DNA of 64,000 bases from a virus: positions 1 to 64,000 of IMG/VR virus record IMGVR_UViG_3300029634_000047; one strand, given 5' to 3'. Under the pieces are notes generated by a model. The model was not told the DNA's origin. It did not search any database and was given only the letters and a program-made list of their open reading frames with translations. Below, piece after piece: positions 1-10,303 of the stretch (positions are counted from its first letter, which is position 1; each line of letters begins with the position of its first letter). The position numbers and the translations under genes are program-made.

Positions 1-174
1 AAGGTGCTATTTAAAATTGAATAACCCAGATGATGCAGTGAATTATTATCTTTTTTATATATGACTTTATAGGTCTGATGTCCGATGGCGGGTAACAGAA
101 TGTTTAAGATATCCGTCAGTCTTAGTCGTAGACTGTAGCTGTTAGCGATCTTGGTTTCGTGTAATGCATAAAAA

Positions 175-207
175 AAGTCTTTAATTATCAATGTAATCAA
201 AGACTTT
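175..207. terminator. Hairpin aaagtcttt/aaagacttt flanked by A7 and T6; bidirectional terminator-like
   Basis: 9-bp perfect inverted repeat with A-run upstream and T-run downstream. Confidence 0.4.
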
Positions 208-450
208 TTTACTTTCTTAAGAAGCGGTGCGTACGGGAGATGAACCTTAAATCTATTCCTCACGTACTCAATATCTTAGCAAGCTCTTAATTCTTTCTCC
301 CACTAATAACCCCACGTTTGCAATTCTTTAGATTGCTTGGTGTTGCGGTGGTTGTTTGAGTTGGCGTAAAGATAGGTATATATAGAGAGTGATAAAAGAA
401 AAAAGCTATATTTAACATGAAAATGCAGAGAGTTTTCTTACTTTTGCAAT

Positions 451-1350
451 ATGTTATATTATAGAAGAAAAATATTATTAGCACTGATTGAAGCATTCGA
501 CGGTCATTTGACCGCCAAACAGCTTCAGAAATATTTGTTTCTTTTTACACGGAAGCAAGAAGAAAAAGCATTTGATTTTATTCCTTATTACTATGGTTGC
601 TTTTCATTTCAAGCAAATCAGGACATAATGACATTGGCTAAATTAGGCTACTTAAGTATTATAAAAAGTGAGAATGGTCGTAGAATACAAATTTGTCAAT
701 CTGGTAATTATTTAATGATGCTTGATATGTTTGAACAGCACGCTATAAGGGAAATAAAAGAAAAATTTGGTCGTTTATCTCAGAACGAATTAATCCGTTA
801 TACTTATATCAATTATCCTTATTACGCCACAAAAAGTACAATAGCAAGTAATTTGCTAAATGAGGAAGAATTAGCGGTAATAGATAAGCAAAAAAGAACC
901 TTTACAGAGCCTCAATTATTCACTATAGGATATGAAGGACGCTCTTTAGAAAAATATATTAATATTCTCCTTATCAATGATGTACATATTCTATGTGATG
1001 TCCGTAAAAATGCTTATAGTCAAAAATATGGATTTTCTAAAGGTCAATTAGAGAAAGCATGTACAGGAGTAGGTATAAAATATATCCATATACCGCAACT
1101 GGGAATAGAATCAGAACAAAGACAAGATTTAAAATCACAAAAAGATTATGAAATTCTTTTTGAGTCATATGAAAAATCTACCCTAAAAGAAAATTGGGAT
1201 TATCTTTTGTATGTCCGAGAATTGATTGATACAGAGAAACGTGTAGCTTTAACTTGTTTTGAAGAAAGTCACAAACAATGCCACAGAGGAAGAGTTGCGA
1301 AATATTTAATGCAACTTCCTGACATAACTTACACCCTTAAACATCTATAA
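451..1350 (+). CDS. DUF488-domain protein with N-terminal extension
   Basis: C-terminal half resembles DUF488 (TIGYEGRSLEKY...HRGRVA); Bacteroides promoter-like TTTG..TAnnTTTG upstream. Confidence 0.45.
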   Translation: MLYYRRKILLALIEAFDGHLTAKQLQKYLFLFTRKQEEKAFDFIPYYYGCFSFQANQDIMTLAKLGYLSIIKSENGRRIQICQSGNYLMMLDMFEQHAIREIKEKFGRLSQNELIRYTYINYPYYATKSTIASNLLNEEELAVIDKQKRTFTEPQLFTIGYEGRSLEKYINILLINDVHILCDVRKNAYSQKYGFSKGQLEKACTGVGIKYIHIPQLGIESEQRQDLKSQKDYEILFESYEKSTLKENWDYLLYVRELIDTEKRVALTCFEESHKQCHRGRVAKYLMQLPDITYTLKHL

Positions 1351-1353
1351 AAT

Positions 1354-2181
1354 ATGCCTACAACTCGAGTTCTAATTGCTGTAAAAACATATCCTACTCT
1401 ATCGGAAAAATACGATGAATTAGTTTGTACTGCTGGTTTCTTGGAAGATGGCACTTGGATAAGAATATACCCTATTCCTTTTCGTAAATTAAGTTATGAT
1501 AAGAGATATAGTAAATGGCAGTGGATAGAACTTGATTTAGTTAAAAACACAAGTGATTTTAGGAAAGAAAGTTTTCGTCCTGCAAATATAGATAATGAAA
1601 TAAAAATAGTAGGAGAAATTGGTACAAAAAATGGCTGGGCAAAAAGAAAGTCTATTGTTTTAAAACATGTCCGTTATAATATGGCTGAGCTTATTGAAGA
1701 AGCTAAAAATCCTCAAATAGGAACATCATTAGCCGTATTTAAACCTCAAAGAATTATTGATTTTGTTTGGGAAGAATCTTCAAGAGAATGGAATAAGCAG
1801 AAATTAGATGCTGTATATGCCAATCAAGCCCAACATAGTTTATTTGATGTAGAAGAAACTAAAAGAATATTCAAAGTAGCTAAAAAATTGCCTTATGAGT
1901 TCTCATATAAGTTTATATCAGAAGATGGTAAAGAACGAAAACTCATGATTGAAGATTGGGAATTAGGAATGCTTTATTGGAATTGCCTTGCTGGTGCTAA
2001 TGGAAACGAACAAGTTGCATGTGAAAAAGTAAAAGAGAAATATTTCACAGAATGGTGTAAAAAAGATTTATACTTCTTTTTAGGGACAACTAAGAAATTC
2101 CATAATGTAGGTACTAATCCTTTTATTATTATCGGAACTTTTTATCCACCCAAGGAGTTACAATTAAGGATTTCTTTTTGA
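1354..2181 (+). CDS. conserved hypothetical protein
   Basis: 275-aa ORF in same frame as upstream gene, separated by one stop; no recognisable motif. Confidence 0.35.
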   Translation: MPTTRVLIAVKTYPTLSEKYDELVCTAGFLEDGTWIRIYPIPFRKLSYDKRYSKWQWIELDLVKNTSDFRKESFRPANIDNEIKIVGEIGTKNGWAKRKSIVLKHVRYNMAELIEEAKNPQIGTSLAVFKPQRIIDFVWEESSREWNKQKLDAVYANQAQHSLFDVEETKRIFKVAKKLPYEFSYKFISEDGKERKLMIEDWELGMLYWNCLAGANGNEQVACEKVKEKYFTEWCKKDLYFFLGTTKKFHNVGTNPFIIIGTFYPPKELQLRISF

Positions 2182-2184
2182 AAT

Positions 2185-3102
2185 ATGTCCGAAAGCATTC
2201 CACAGTTCTATAAAAGAATCCAACGTTGTGACCCTCAACCGGGTACAACCTACTCTAAGGAGAAACCATATTTCAATGTTCTCTCCCGACAATGTAATTT
2301 TGGGACAGTACAATTCAGTTACAGAGATTTTTACAAAGTCACTTTGATTATTGGTGTGGGAAAACTATATTATGCAGATAAATGGATTTTAGTAAATCGT
2401 CCTGCAATGTTATTTTCTAATCCTTTAGTCCCTTATGCTTGGGAATCAATCAGTGAAGAACAGAAAGGAATGTTTTGTATATTTAATGAGCAATTTGTAC
2501 AGTCAGAAGAAAAAAATAGTTCTTTGGCTAATAGTCCATTGTTCAAAGTAACGGGAGATAAAGTTTTCTTCTTGGATGATACACAAATTACCAAAGTTTT
2601 GGATATATATACCAAAATTCAGGAAGAAAACCAGTCAGACTATGCAAACAAACATGATGTTTTACGTTGTTATCTTCATTTGTTGGTACATACAGCTTTA
2701 AAAATGCAGGAGTTAAATAAATATGAATCACATCCAAATGCTTCGCAACGTATTACCGAATTATTCATAGAATTATTGGATAGACAATTTCCTGTTGATT
2801 ATCCACATTCAGTATTAAGTTTGCGTACTCCTGCCGATTATGCAAACCGTTTGTCTGTACACGTTAATCATTTAAATAAAGTGGTAAAAGATACTACTGG
2901 AAAAACTACTTCTACAATGATTGCGGAAAGAATAATTAAAGAATGTACCCAGTATTTATTACATAGTAATCTTTCTATTTCAGAAATTGCTTATAGCTTG
3001 GGATTTGAAAACATAGCCTATTTCAGTAAATTCTATCGTAAGCATACAGGAAAAACGCCAAGCGAAATTAGAGAGCAACAATTATTTGATTTGTGCAAAT
3101 GA
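2185..3102 (+). CDS. AraC-family transcriptional regulator
   Basis: C-terminal AraC HTH signature (IAYSLGFENIAYFSKFYRKHTGKTPSEIR). Confidence 0.8.
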   Translation: MSESIPQFYKRIQRCDPQPGTTYSKEKPYFNVLSRQCNFGTVQFSYRDFYKVTLIIGVGKLYYADKWILVNRPAMLFSNPLVPYAWESISEEQKGMFCIFNEQFVQSEEKNSSLANSPLFKVTGDKVFFLDDTQITKVLDIYTKIQEENQSDYANKHDVLRCYLHLLVHTALKMQELNKYESHPNASQRITELFIELLDRQFPVDYPHSVLSLRTPADYANRLSVHVNHLNKVVKDTTGKTTSTMIAERIIKECTQYLLHSNLSISEIAYSLGFENIAYFSKFYRKHTGKTPSEIREQQLFDLCK

Positions 3103-3170
3103 TGCTTTGAATAGTGTTAATCAGCCATATTTGCATTACCTAATTTTGTACTGACTAAAAAATATAAATA

Positions 3171-4172
3171 ATGAAGTACAGAAAATTAGGCAAAACAGAA
3201 GTAAACCTATCCGCTATCGGATTGGGTTGTATGGGAATGAGTGCTGCTTATGGAGTAGCCGATGAAAAAGAAAGCATTAAGACATTGCATCGTGCTTTAG
3301 AACTTGGCATTAATTTTTGGGATACTGCGGATGTGTATGGAAATGGTGCTAATGAAGAATTACTATCCAAAGTATTAGCAGAAAAAAGAAATCAGATTTT
3401 CATTGCAACAAAATTTGGTTTTCGCTTACGCAATAGTCAAGGTAGCGTGTTCGCTGGTGGTGAAAGTTATGTGGATGCTTCTCCAAGATATGTAAAACAA
3501 GCTGTAGAGAACAGTCTGAAAAGATTAAATATCGAAACTATAGACTTGTATTATGCGCATCGGATTGACCCCACAATACCAATCGAAGAAACAGTTGAAG
3601 CTATGGCAGAGTTAGTTAAAGAGGGTAAAGTGCGCTATTTGGGACTAAGCGAATGTTCTCCCGAATCACTAAAAAGAGCTTGTGATGTTCATCCTATATC
3701 TGCGGTTGAGAGTGAATATTCTTTATTAACACATGATGTCGAAAAAGAGATTCTACCATTGACAAAAGAATTAGGTGTAACTTTAGTTCCATTTTCACCG
3801 TTAGGCAGAGGTTTAGTAACAAATACTATTAACGTAAATGCATTGGAAGAACATGATTTCCGCAAGCATTTGCCACGTTATAACGGTAAATATTGGGAAA
3901 ATAACCAAAAACTGACTATTGAAATTGCAGAAATAGCAGAAAGCAAAGGAATAACCCCAGCCCAACTTGCTTTAGCTTGGATATTGGCACAAAGTGAAAA
4001 TATAATTCCTATTCCGGGAACTAAACGGATTAAGTATTTAGAAGAAAATGCAAAAGCGGTAGATGTAAATCTATCAATGGAAGATGTCTCTAATATTCAA
4101 CTGCTTTTAAAAAAATATCCTAATATTGGTAACAGATATAATGAATATGATTTTCAGTTTGTAAATAAATAA
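3171..4172 (+). CDS. aldo/keto reductase
   Basis: AKR signatures ([41 protein letters not shown]). Confidence 0.85.
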   Translation: MKYRKLGKTEVNLSAIGLGCMGMSAAYGVADEKESIKTLHRALELGINFWDTADVYGNGANEELLSKVLAEKRNQIFIATKFGFRLRNSQGSVFAGGESYVDASPRYVKQAVENSLKRLNIETIDLYYAHRIDPTIPIEETVEAMAELVKEGKVRYLGLSECSPESLKRACDVHPISAVESEYSLLTHDVEKEILPLTKELGVTLVPFSPLGRGLVTNTINVNALEEHDFRKHLPRYNGKYWENNQKLTIEIAEIAESKGITPAQLALAWILAQSENIIPIPGTKRIKYLEENAKAVDVNLSMEDVSNIQLLLKKYPNIGNRYNEYDFQFVNK

Positions 4173-4196
4173 CTTATTAAAAAAGCAAGTTCTACC

Positions 4197-4842
4197 ATGT
4201 TGGTAGGACTTCTTTCTATAATTCCCATAATGAATAATTTATTGGAACAGAGATTCTTCCGATTATTATCGGAATACTCACAGCGTAAAGTTTCTGCATC
4301 CGAATTTACAGAAGCTATTGAAGAACTGGCTACACATTTAGCTGATTTCAGTTTAAACGAACAGGATTATAGCGTTTTACTTCGTTATTTCTCCTTTGGT
4401 TTACATCGACTTAAATCGTATCGTGTGCGGTTTGAGCAAGAAAAAAATACCCTATTTGCATTTGATTGATGAAGCAATAGAACTAATCAAAACAGAAGTA
4501 CGCATAGTGAATTTGCGTATCAAATACCCCGAACAATTCCAGCAACACGCAAATAAGCTATTCTTTTCTCCTCTCCATTTAGCTGATAAAACAAGCCTTA
4601 TCAATATCATGGAAATTGTCAGCGGTCTATTTCTCTCCCAGCGTATAATATATCAGAATGGCAAACCCGTTCACTTGACGGATTTAGGCAAAACTTTTGA
4701 ATGGCTTTTCAATATCAAATTGGGTGATTATCACCAAAAGTACATGGATGTCATCAAGCGAAAGCCAGCCAAACTAACGGAGTTCCTTAATGAACTGGCA
4801 AACCTTATCCGCAAAGAACACGAAAATAAAGGGTATAGATAA
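4197..4842 (+). CDS. hypothetical protein, split into two overlapping ORFs (4197-4469, 4396-4842) at an A7 tract (4441-4447)
   Basis: Both frames open across the A7 run; removing one A fuses them (RFEQEK-KIPYLHLIDEAIEL). Confidence 0.3.
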
Positions 4843-4945
4843 TCAGGTGTTTAGCATCAATTTATACGGGGTAGCGTATGCTACCCTGTAACTTGTTTGC
4901 TTCACTTTTCTGAACTTTGCTTCATCAATCGATTGGTAATCATTA

Positions 4946-5293
4946 ATGTGTAACCTAAAAAATGAAGCAAATATGTATGTAGATAATTACGAGTTCAAAG
5001 ACTGGATGCAAAAATTACTTGAGAAACTTGAAGAAGTAGGTAAAGATGTAAAGAGTTTGCAGACCAACCCCCAAGTGATGCCGAATGACAAACTTTTGGA
5101 TAATCAGGATTTATGCCTGCTATTCAAAGTAAGTACACGGACATTGCAGAGATTGAGAAGCAAGAAACTACTGCCCTTTATGATGATTAGCGGAAAAGCC
5201 TATTACCGAGCTTCCGATGTGCGAGAGTTCATAAAGGAACGGTTTGATGTGGGTACGCTTCGAAAGTTCGAGAAAGAACACGGAAGCGAATAG
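4946..5293 (+). CDS. HTH_17/excisionase-family DNA-binding protein
   Basis: C-terminal motif LFKVSTRTLQRLRSKKLLPFMMISGKAYYRASDV typical of Bacteroides mobile-element HTH proteins. Confidence 0.55.
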   Translation: MCNLKNEANMYVDNYEFKDWMQKLLEKLEEVGKDVKSLQTNPQVMPNDKLLDNQDLCLLFKVSTRTLQRLRSKKLLPFMMISGKAYYRASDVREFIKERFDVGTLRKFEKEHGSE

Positions 5294-5307
5294 GTAAGAG
5301 TGAAATT

Positions 5308-5352
5308 CATCCCGAAGCTGTACACGTGGCAGTTTCGGGATGTTTTTCTTTT
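5308..5352 (+). terminator. long hairpin (catcccgaagctg...cagtttcgggatg) + T-run; copy 1 of a repeated terminator element
   Basis: 13-bp stem, loop with CACGTG, followed by tttttctttt; directly after stop of 4946-5293. Confidence 0.55.
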
Positions 5353-5415
5353 GGCAAGTTTTTGTTGTTCATCTGCCGATATGTACTTTCTATTTAAAAT
5401 ATTGGGATAAAGGTC

Positions 5416-5913
5416 TTATTGCTTTTGTTTATAATAATGAGCTTCAAGGTTATGTAATTGCTGTATAAATAGATTAGTCTGCTTACTGTTTTCTACCTTA
5501 TCATATAAACTAACTATTATATATTCTTGCAATAAATCTTTGTTTGTTATGCAGTGACTGAAATCATATACTTTTGTATTAGAATCTAACTTTGTTATAT
5601 CTTGAACATTAATGTGGTCGGGCATATATCCGTAAACATTGGTATAAGATGTGGTTTTACTCCATTTCCAAGTATAAGTACGAGATCCTCCAAAACTATC
5701 AGAAGTATATGTTTTAATAAAATATAGAATTCGTAGCTTTTTATATAAATATAATGCAAGAATGATAAATCCGATGACTAAAACTATTATCCACAATGAT
5801 ATTCTATAGTTTAGATATGAGGATGGGATACTAAATAGGATTTCCAAAATTCCTATTAAAGACAAGATTCCTCCGATAATCGGATTAGTAAAGAATAGTA
5901 TCAACTTTTTCAT
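5416..5913 (-). CDS. membrane protein, hypothetical
   Basis: Two N-terminal hydrophobic segments; no other motif. Confidence 0.35.
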   Translation of the reverse strand: MKKLILFFTNPIIGGILSLIGILEILFSIPSSYLNYRISLWIIVLVIGFIILALYLYKKLRILYFIKTYTSDSFGGSRTYTWKWSKTTSYTNVYGYMPDHINVQDITKLDSNTKVYDFSHCITNKDLLQEYIIVSLYDKVENSKQTNLFIQQLHNLEAHYYKQKQ

Positions 5914-6125
5914 ATGCTCAATTATGCGTTTTCACTTTTATATGAAACAAAAGTAGTCATTTCTCTATAATTATTTCATTTTCAAAGGAGAATAATTATC
6001 TTTGTTAAGATTATATGATAATATAAAAATGTGCTACCAGTGATCCTTTATGGAGAAAGATTATAATTTACTGAATACAACACCCGTTAGTCCTATATTA
6101 AAGCAAACAACTAACAGTAAAAATT

Positions 6126-6168
6126 CATCTCGAAGCTGTACACGTGGCAGTTTCGAGATGTTTTTTTT
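6126..6168 (+). terminator. copy 2 of the same hairpin with compensatory C>T / G>A changes (catctcgaa...ttcgagatg) + T8 G7
   Basis: Near-identical 45 bp to 5303-5350; both stem arms changed so pairing is preserved. Confidence 0.5.
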
Positions 6169-6186
6169 GGGGGGGCAAGCTTGTAC

Positions 6187-6636
6187 TTATTTCTCTGCCG
6201 ATATTATCCCCTCTTCCTTATAAGATGCTTCAAACTGTTTGGTAAGCGCAATAATCTGCTGGTTCGTCTTTACCAGTTCAACAGTGTATTGTTTCAGTTT
6301 GTAAAGTAGGGCAAGTGCTTTCTTTTCCGTAAAGTTGGAATGAAGTTCTTTCACCGTTTGGTTATAGAGTATGCCTATGCTCCTGAATTGTGAAAACAGT
6401 TGGGAGAGTTGGATGTAATAATCAACCTTGCTTTTATCAATCCTAAGTACCTTAAACGACTTCCCAAAGATGCAGTTCTTAATAAAATGTGCTTTTACCT
6501 TGTAACCTGACTGGTCGTAAAAGGCTAAGAACTTGGCGTTCTCCACATCGTCCAAATTAAGAGAATAGCGGTGTGTTCGTGGGTCAAGTTTAGGCTTGCA
6601 CCCGCCTTTGTTAAATGGCTTCTTTTTCTGTTCCAT
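6187..6636 (-). CDS. MobC-like plasmid mobilization relaxosome protein
   Basis: Size and sequence pattern of Bacteroides MobA/MobC-family small mobilization proteins. Confidence 0.45.
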   Translation of the reverse strand: MEQKKKPFNKGGCKPKLDPRTHRYSLNLDDVENAKFLAFYDQSGYKVKAHFIKNCIFGKSFKVLRIDKSKVDYYIQLSQLFSQFRSIGILYNQTVKELHSNFTEKKALALLYKLKQYTVELVKTNQQIIALTKQFEASYKEEGIISAEK

Positions 6637-7127
6637 AATGATAATTATTTACTGGTTATACGACTTCGGAGTAAAACTAACCACCTTTTAAGGTGGCAAG
6701 GTTTTGAGGCACAAAAAATGAAATGAGTGCCTCAAAACACAACTTGCTGTTATCATGTGATAACAAAAATCTTCCCTATGGTCAGATTGCAAAAGCAAGC
6801 GGCTTGGCTTTATCCTATGTCTGTTTATTGGTTACAAAATTACAGACAGCAATTTACCTTTGAAATATGCCCTATTACGCCAAATTGGGAGACAAACGGA
6901 CAAAGCAACCCCATTTTTAAAAGCATCTATTTTTACCCTTTTCTTTGCTGAAAATTGATTGAATGGCAACAATATATAAGACAGTCAAGCAAGGTTCAAA
7001 TATGGCTTTAAACCATATTTGAAAACCGTTTAGAAATATAGCAACACTGCTATAAAATTGGCTTGTTCCCTTTCAATCAATATCAGAAATCAATCAACCT
7101 ATTTATAAACTATTAGAATTTGAAAGC

Positions 7128-7427
7128 ATGGAAAAAGAAAAACAATCATTACAGGAAACTGGAAGTAAGGAACAGGAAAGCTATAAATCGGTGTTTCTTA
7201 AAAAGCGGTCGGTTTGCAATCGTCAAAGCGTGTACATAAGCGGAGAGATACAGAAACGTATTGTTCAGATTGTAGGCGTGATTACAAACAAGCAGGTAAG
7301 CATCGGAAATTTTATTGATAACGTACTGGAAGAACATTTAAGTGCGCACAATGATGTCCTTTCGGCTCTCTACCGGGAAGAAATGCAAAAAGGAATATTC
7401 AACCAGCCAAAAGAGAAAGACGTATGA
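7128..7427 (+). CDS. DUF3408-like protein (mobile-element associated)
   Basis: Resembles small DUF3408 proteins next to mob genes in Bacteroides elements. Confidence 0.35.
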   Translation: MEKEKQSLQETGSKEQESYKSVFLKKRSVCNRQSVYISGEIQKRIVQIVGVITNKQVSIGNFIDNVLEEHLSAHNDVLSALYREEMQKGIFNQPKEKDV

Positions 7428-7729
7428 ATATCGTAACTATTGAGGAACAGACCTTTAAACAGATATGCGGGCAGTTCTCCGGTTTCGTCAGTCAGGTGGA
7501 ACGGATTTGTAGAGAGAATACTCACCAGCCGGAGAAATGGTTGTCAGGTCGTGAAGTGTGCGCCCTGCTCGGTATCAGCATCCGAAGTTTGCAGAACTAC
7601 CGGGACAGTGGCAAACTGGGCTATTCCCAAATCGGTAACAAACTATACTATAAATCTGCCGACATAGAAAGATTGATTGCTGAATGTACGGAAAACAAGA
7701 AAACAAATCATATATCAAACAATAAATAA
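7424..7729 (+). CDS. HTH_17/excisionase-family DNA-binding protein
   Basis: LSGREVCALLGISIRSLQNYRDSGKLGYSQIGNKLYYKSADIERL. Confidence 0.55.
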   Translation: MNIVTIEEQTFKQICGQFSGFVSQVERICRENTHQPEKWLSGREVCALLGISIRSLQNYRDSGKLGYSQIGNKLYYKSADIERLIAECTENKKTNHISNNK

Positions 7730-7739
7730 AGATGGTCTT

Positions 7740-8042
7740 ATGGAAAAGAAAGAAGAAAATAATACAGAAATAAAGCAGTCATTCAACTTGTCTGCCATTG
7801 TCGGAATATGGGAAAGTCTAAATCTTCATCCTACGGTAATGATATACCAAAGTAAGAAAAAGTATCTGCTTTCGATGCTCCATGTATCGGATAACGGACA
7901 GGCGCAACCAGCCACTTATGAAATACAAAAGGAAGATAGCCGTTACTTTATCGTTTCAGTCTTTAAACAGCTTTATATCGGCTATGACAAGGTAAAAGAC
8001 AGCCTTTCCATTTCTTATTATGGCGAGTATTTGCGTAACTGA
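7740..8042 (+). CDS. hypothetical protein
   Basis: ORF from ATG at 7740 (track ORF 7677 uses TTG). Confidence 0.3.
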   Translation: MEKKEENNTEIKQSFNLSAIVGIWESLNLHPTVMIYQSKKKYLLSMLHVSDNGQAQPATYEIQKEDSRYFIVSVFKQLYIGYDKVKDSLSISYYGEYLRN

Positions 8043-8100
8043 CAGGTGATATATATCAATCATTCAAACCAATTATAAATCAATAAAACGATATAACAAT

Positions 8101-8394
8101 ATGGAACTGATAAACGGCAACAATGAGATAATTAAGGATTTCTTTCAGTCTATGGAAAGAATGTTAGAGGGTATCGGTAAACTGGCAAGGGAAAGCAGAC
8201 CGCATTTGAACGGTGAGAAGTTTCTAAGCAACCGGGAAGCATCCCAATATTTGAAAGTAAGCATCCGCACGCTGCAAGAATGGCGAGATACGGGTGTTAT
8301 CCCTTACATTCAGATAAAAGGCAAAATAATCTATCGTCAAAGCGACATAGAACGGCTTTTGCAGACCTACTATAATAAAGAACGGCAGGAATAA
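8101..8394 (+). CDS. HTH_17/excisionase-family DNA-binding protein
   Basis: FLSNREASQYLKVSIRTLQEWRDTGVIPYIQIKGKIIYRQSDIERLL. Confidence 0.55.
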   Translation: MELINGNNEIIKDFFQSMERMLEGIGKLARESRPHLNGEKFLSNREASQYLKVSIRTLQEWRDTGVIPYIQIKGKIIYRQSDIERLLQTYYNKERQE

Positions 8395-8685
8395 TCTGCT
8401 ACCCTTAAAAAACACATTTTTTTCCGAAACTGACTAAGAACATTAACTCTATCAGTGTAGTATTCCGTCGGTGCAAGCCTTTGGAAGAAAATACAACCCG
8501 GAGCGTAGCGCAGGTGTGGAGATTTTCTTTCAAACCCGTAGGGCTTGGGCTTGAACGGACGGAATACGGAGCTTACCTTTGTTAATGTTTTATTCAGCTT
8601 CGGAAAATTCCTCTTAAAAAGAAATCAAACAAAATCATATTGCACCCAATAAAATTCCGTATATTTGTTTTTAAATACTAAAATC

Positions 8686-10245
8686 ATGGAAAATAGAATA
8701 TTAGAATTTATTGGACATTATAATACTGCACCATTTTTATTTGTTGGTTCTGGATTTTCACGTAGATATTTAGGCTTAGAAGATTGGGAAGGATTGCTAA
8801 AACGGTTTGCTACATTAAATAATGTAGATTATCAATATTACTTTTCATCTTCCGGTGGTAAGCTACCTCGAATAGCATCTTTAATTGCGGAAGACTTACA
8901 TGAACGATGGTGGAAATTGCCTGAATATGAAAAAAGTAGAAATAGATATAAAGAATATAATACAAATAAATATTCTGCATTAAAAATAGAAATATCTCAT
9001 TATCTGAAAGGGAAAATGGATATCAAAATCCAAGATAAAATACTTTTAGAAGAATTAGATTTATGCAAAAAAATAGTCATAGACGGTATTATAACAACAA
9101 ACTACGACAACTTATTAGAAAAAATATTTAGTGATTTTAAAACATATATCGGTCAAGAAGAATTGTTCTTTTCATCTCCTCAAGGAGTTGGAGAAATATA
9201 TAAAATACATGGCTGTCAATCCAAACCTAACTCCTTAATATTAACCGATGAAGATTATATTTCTTTTGAAAAGAAAAATCCATATTTAGCAGCTAAGTTA
9301 CTTACGATATTTACAGAGCATCCAATCATTTTTATTGGTTATTCTTTAACCGATGAAAACATTCTCAAAATTTTAAACTCAATAGCACAATGTTTAACAA
9401 GTGACAACCTGCAAAAATTAAAAAATAGGCTTATTTTTATTCAATATAATGTATCTCAACAAGAGATAGAATATGCAACTCATACTATAGCACATGAAGA
9501 AATACGTATTCCTGTAAAAACTATCACAATGAGTGATTTTAGACCACTATTTCTTGCATTATCATCTATTAAGAGAAAATTTCCCGCAGGTTTACTTCGC
9601 TTATTAAAAGAACATATATATGAACTTGTTATGACAACAGACTCGTCATCTAAAGTTTATGTACAAAATATTGATTCAAAAGAAGACATCAAGAATTTAG
9701 ATGTTGTTTTGGGGATAGGTGCTATTAATAAAGTTGTAAAGGCTGGATATAGACGTTATGAACGGAAAGATTTGATTGAAGATATTCTTATAAAAGATAA
9801 ATCGTTGAATAATAATGATATTGTAAATGTTACTTTACCTGCTTTATTAAAGAGCACAAAATATCTGCCATTCTTTAAATATTTGGTCAATTCAAATTAC
9901 TATCAAGAGCAGAAACCCATAGACACTGTTGATGAAAGAATTATAAAACATCATTTATTGGCTATACAACATAAATTTTATGAGCCTACCGGAAAATATG
10001 ACATTAGGAAGAAAAAAGATGTTGCATCTTATCAAGAAACAATGATTGATTTTATCGACGAATTTGGGTTAGAATATATTAAATATATACCATATCTAAA
10101 AAAAGACAAAATCAACTCTGACGATTTATTTGAAGTCTTGAATAAGCATATTTCTGTTTTAGAAGGAAATAATGAAAATCTAAAAAGCGTTTTTTACAAA
10201 ATGATATGCTATTATGATTTTCTCAAATATCATTTAGGAAAATGA
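8686..10245 (+). CDS. SIR2-family (SIR2_2/DUF4020-type) protein with uncharacterised ~200-aa C-terminal domain; putative anti-phage NADase
   Basis: LFVGSGFSRRY, TTNYDNLLE, IYKIHG, IFIGYSLTDENI motifs of defence-type SIR2 domains; cargo position next to integrase. Confidence 0.65.
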   Translation: MENRILEFIGHYNTAPFLFVGSGFSRRYLGLEDWEGLLKRFATLNNVDYQYYFSSSGGKLPRIASLIAEDLHERWWKLPEYEKSRNRYKEYNTNKYSALKIEISHYLKGKMDIKIQDKILLEELDLCKKIVIDGIITTNYDNLLEKIFSDFKTYIGQEELFFSSPQGVGEIYKIHGCQSKPNSLILTDEDYISFEKKNPYLAAKLLTIFTEHPIIFIGYSLTDENILKILNSIAQCLTSDNLQKLKNRLIFIQYNVSQQEIEYATHTIAHEEIRIPVKTITMSDFRPLFLALSSIKRKFPAGLLRLLKEHIYELVMTTDSSSKVYVQNIDSKEDIKNLDVVLGIGAINKVVKAGYRRYERKDLIEDILIKDKSLNNNDIVNVTLPALLKSTKYLPFFKYLVNSNYYQEQKPIDTVDERIIKHHLLAIQHKFYEPTGKYDIRKKKDVASYQETMIDFIDEFGLEYIKYIPYLKKDKINSDDLFEVLNKHISVLEGNNENLKSVFYKMICYYDFLKYHLGK

Positions 10246-10303
10246 TTCAAGAAAAAATAGGCAATCAATAGCATGGCATATAGCTATTGATTGCCCTCAT
10301 TCT

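Noticed and set aside
8686-10245. Calling the SIR2 gene Thoeris ThsA or a SIR2-HerA system
   Set aside because: No TIR-domain (ThsB) or HerA partner lies in the neighbourhood. A SLOG domain is not evident by eye.
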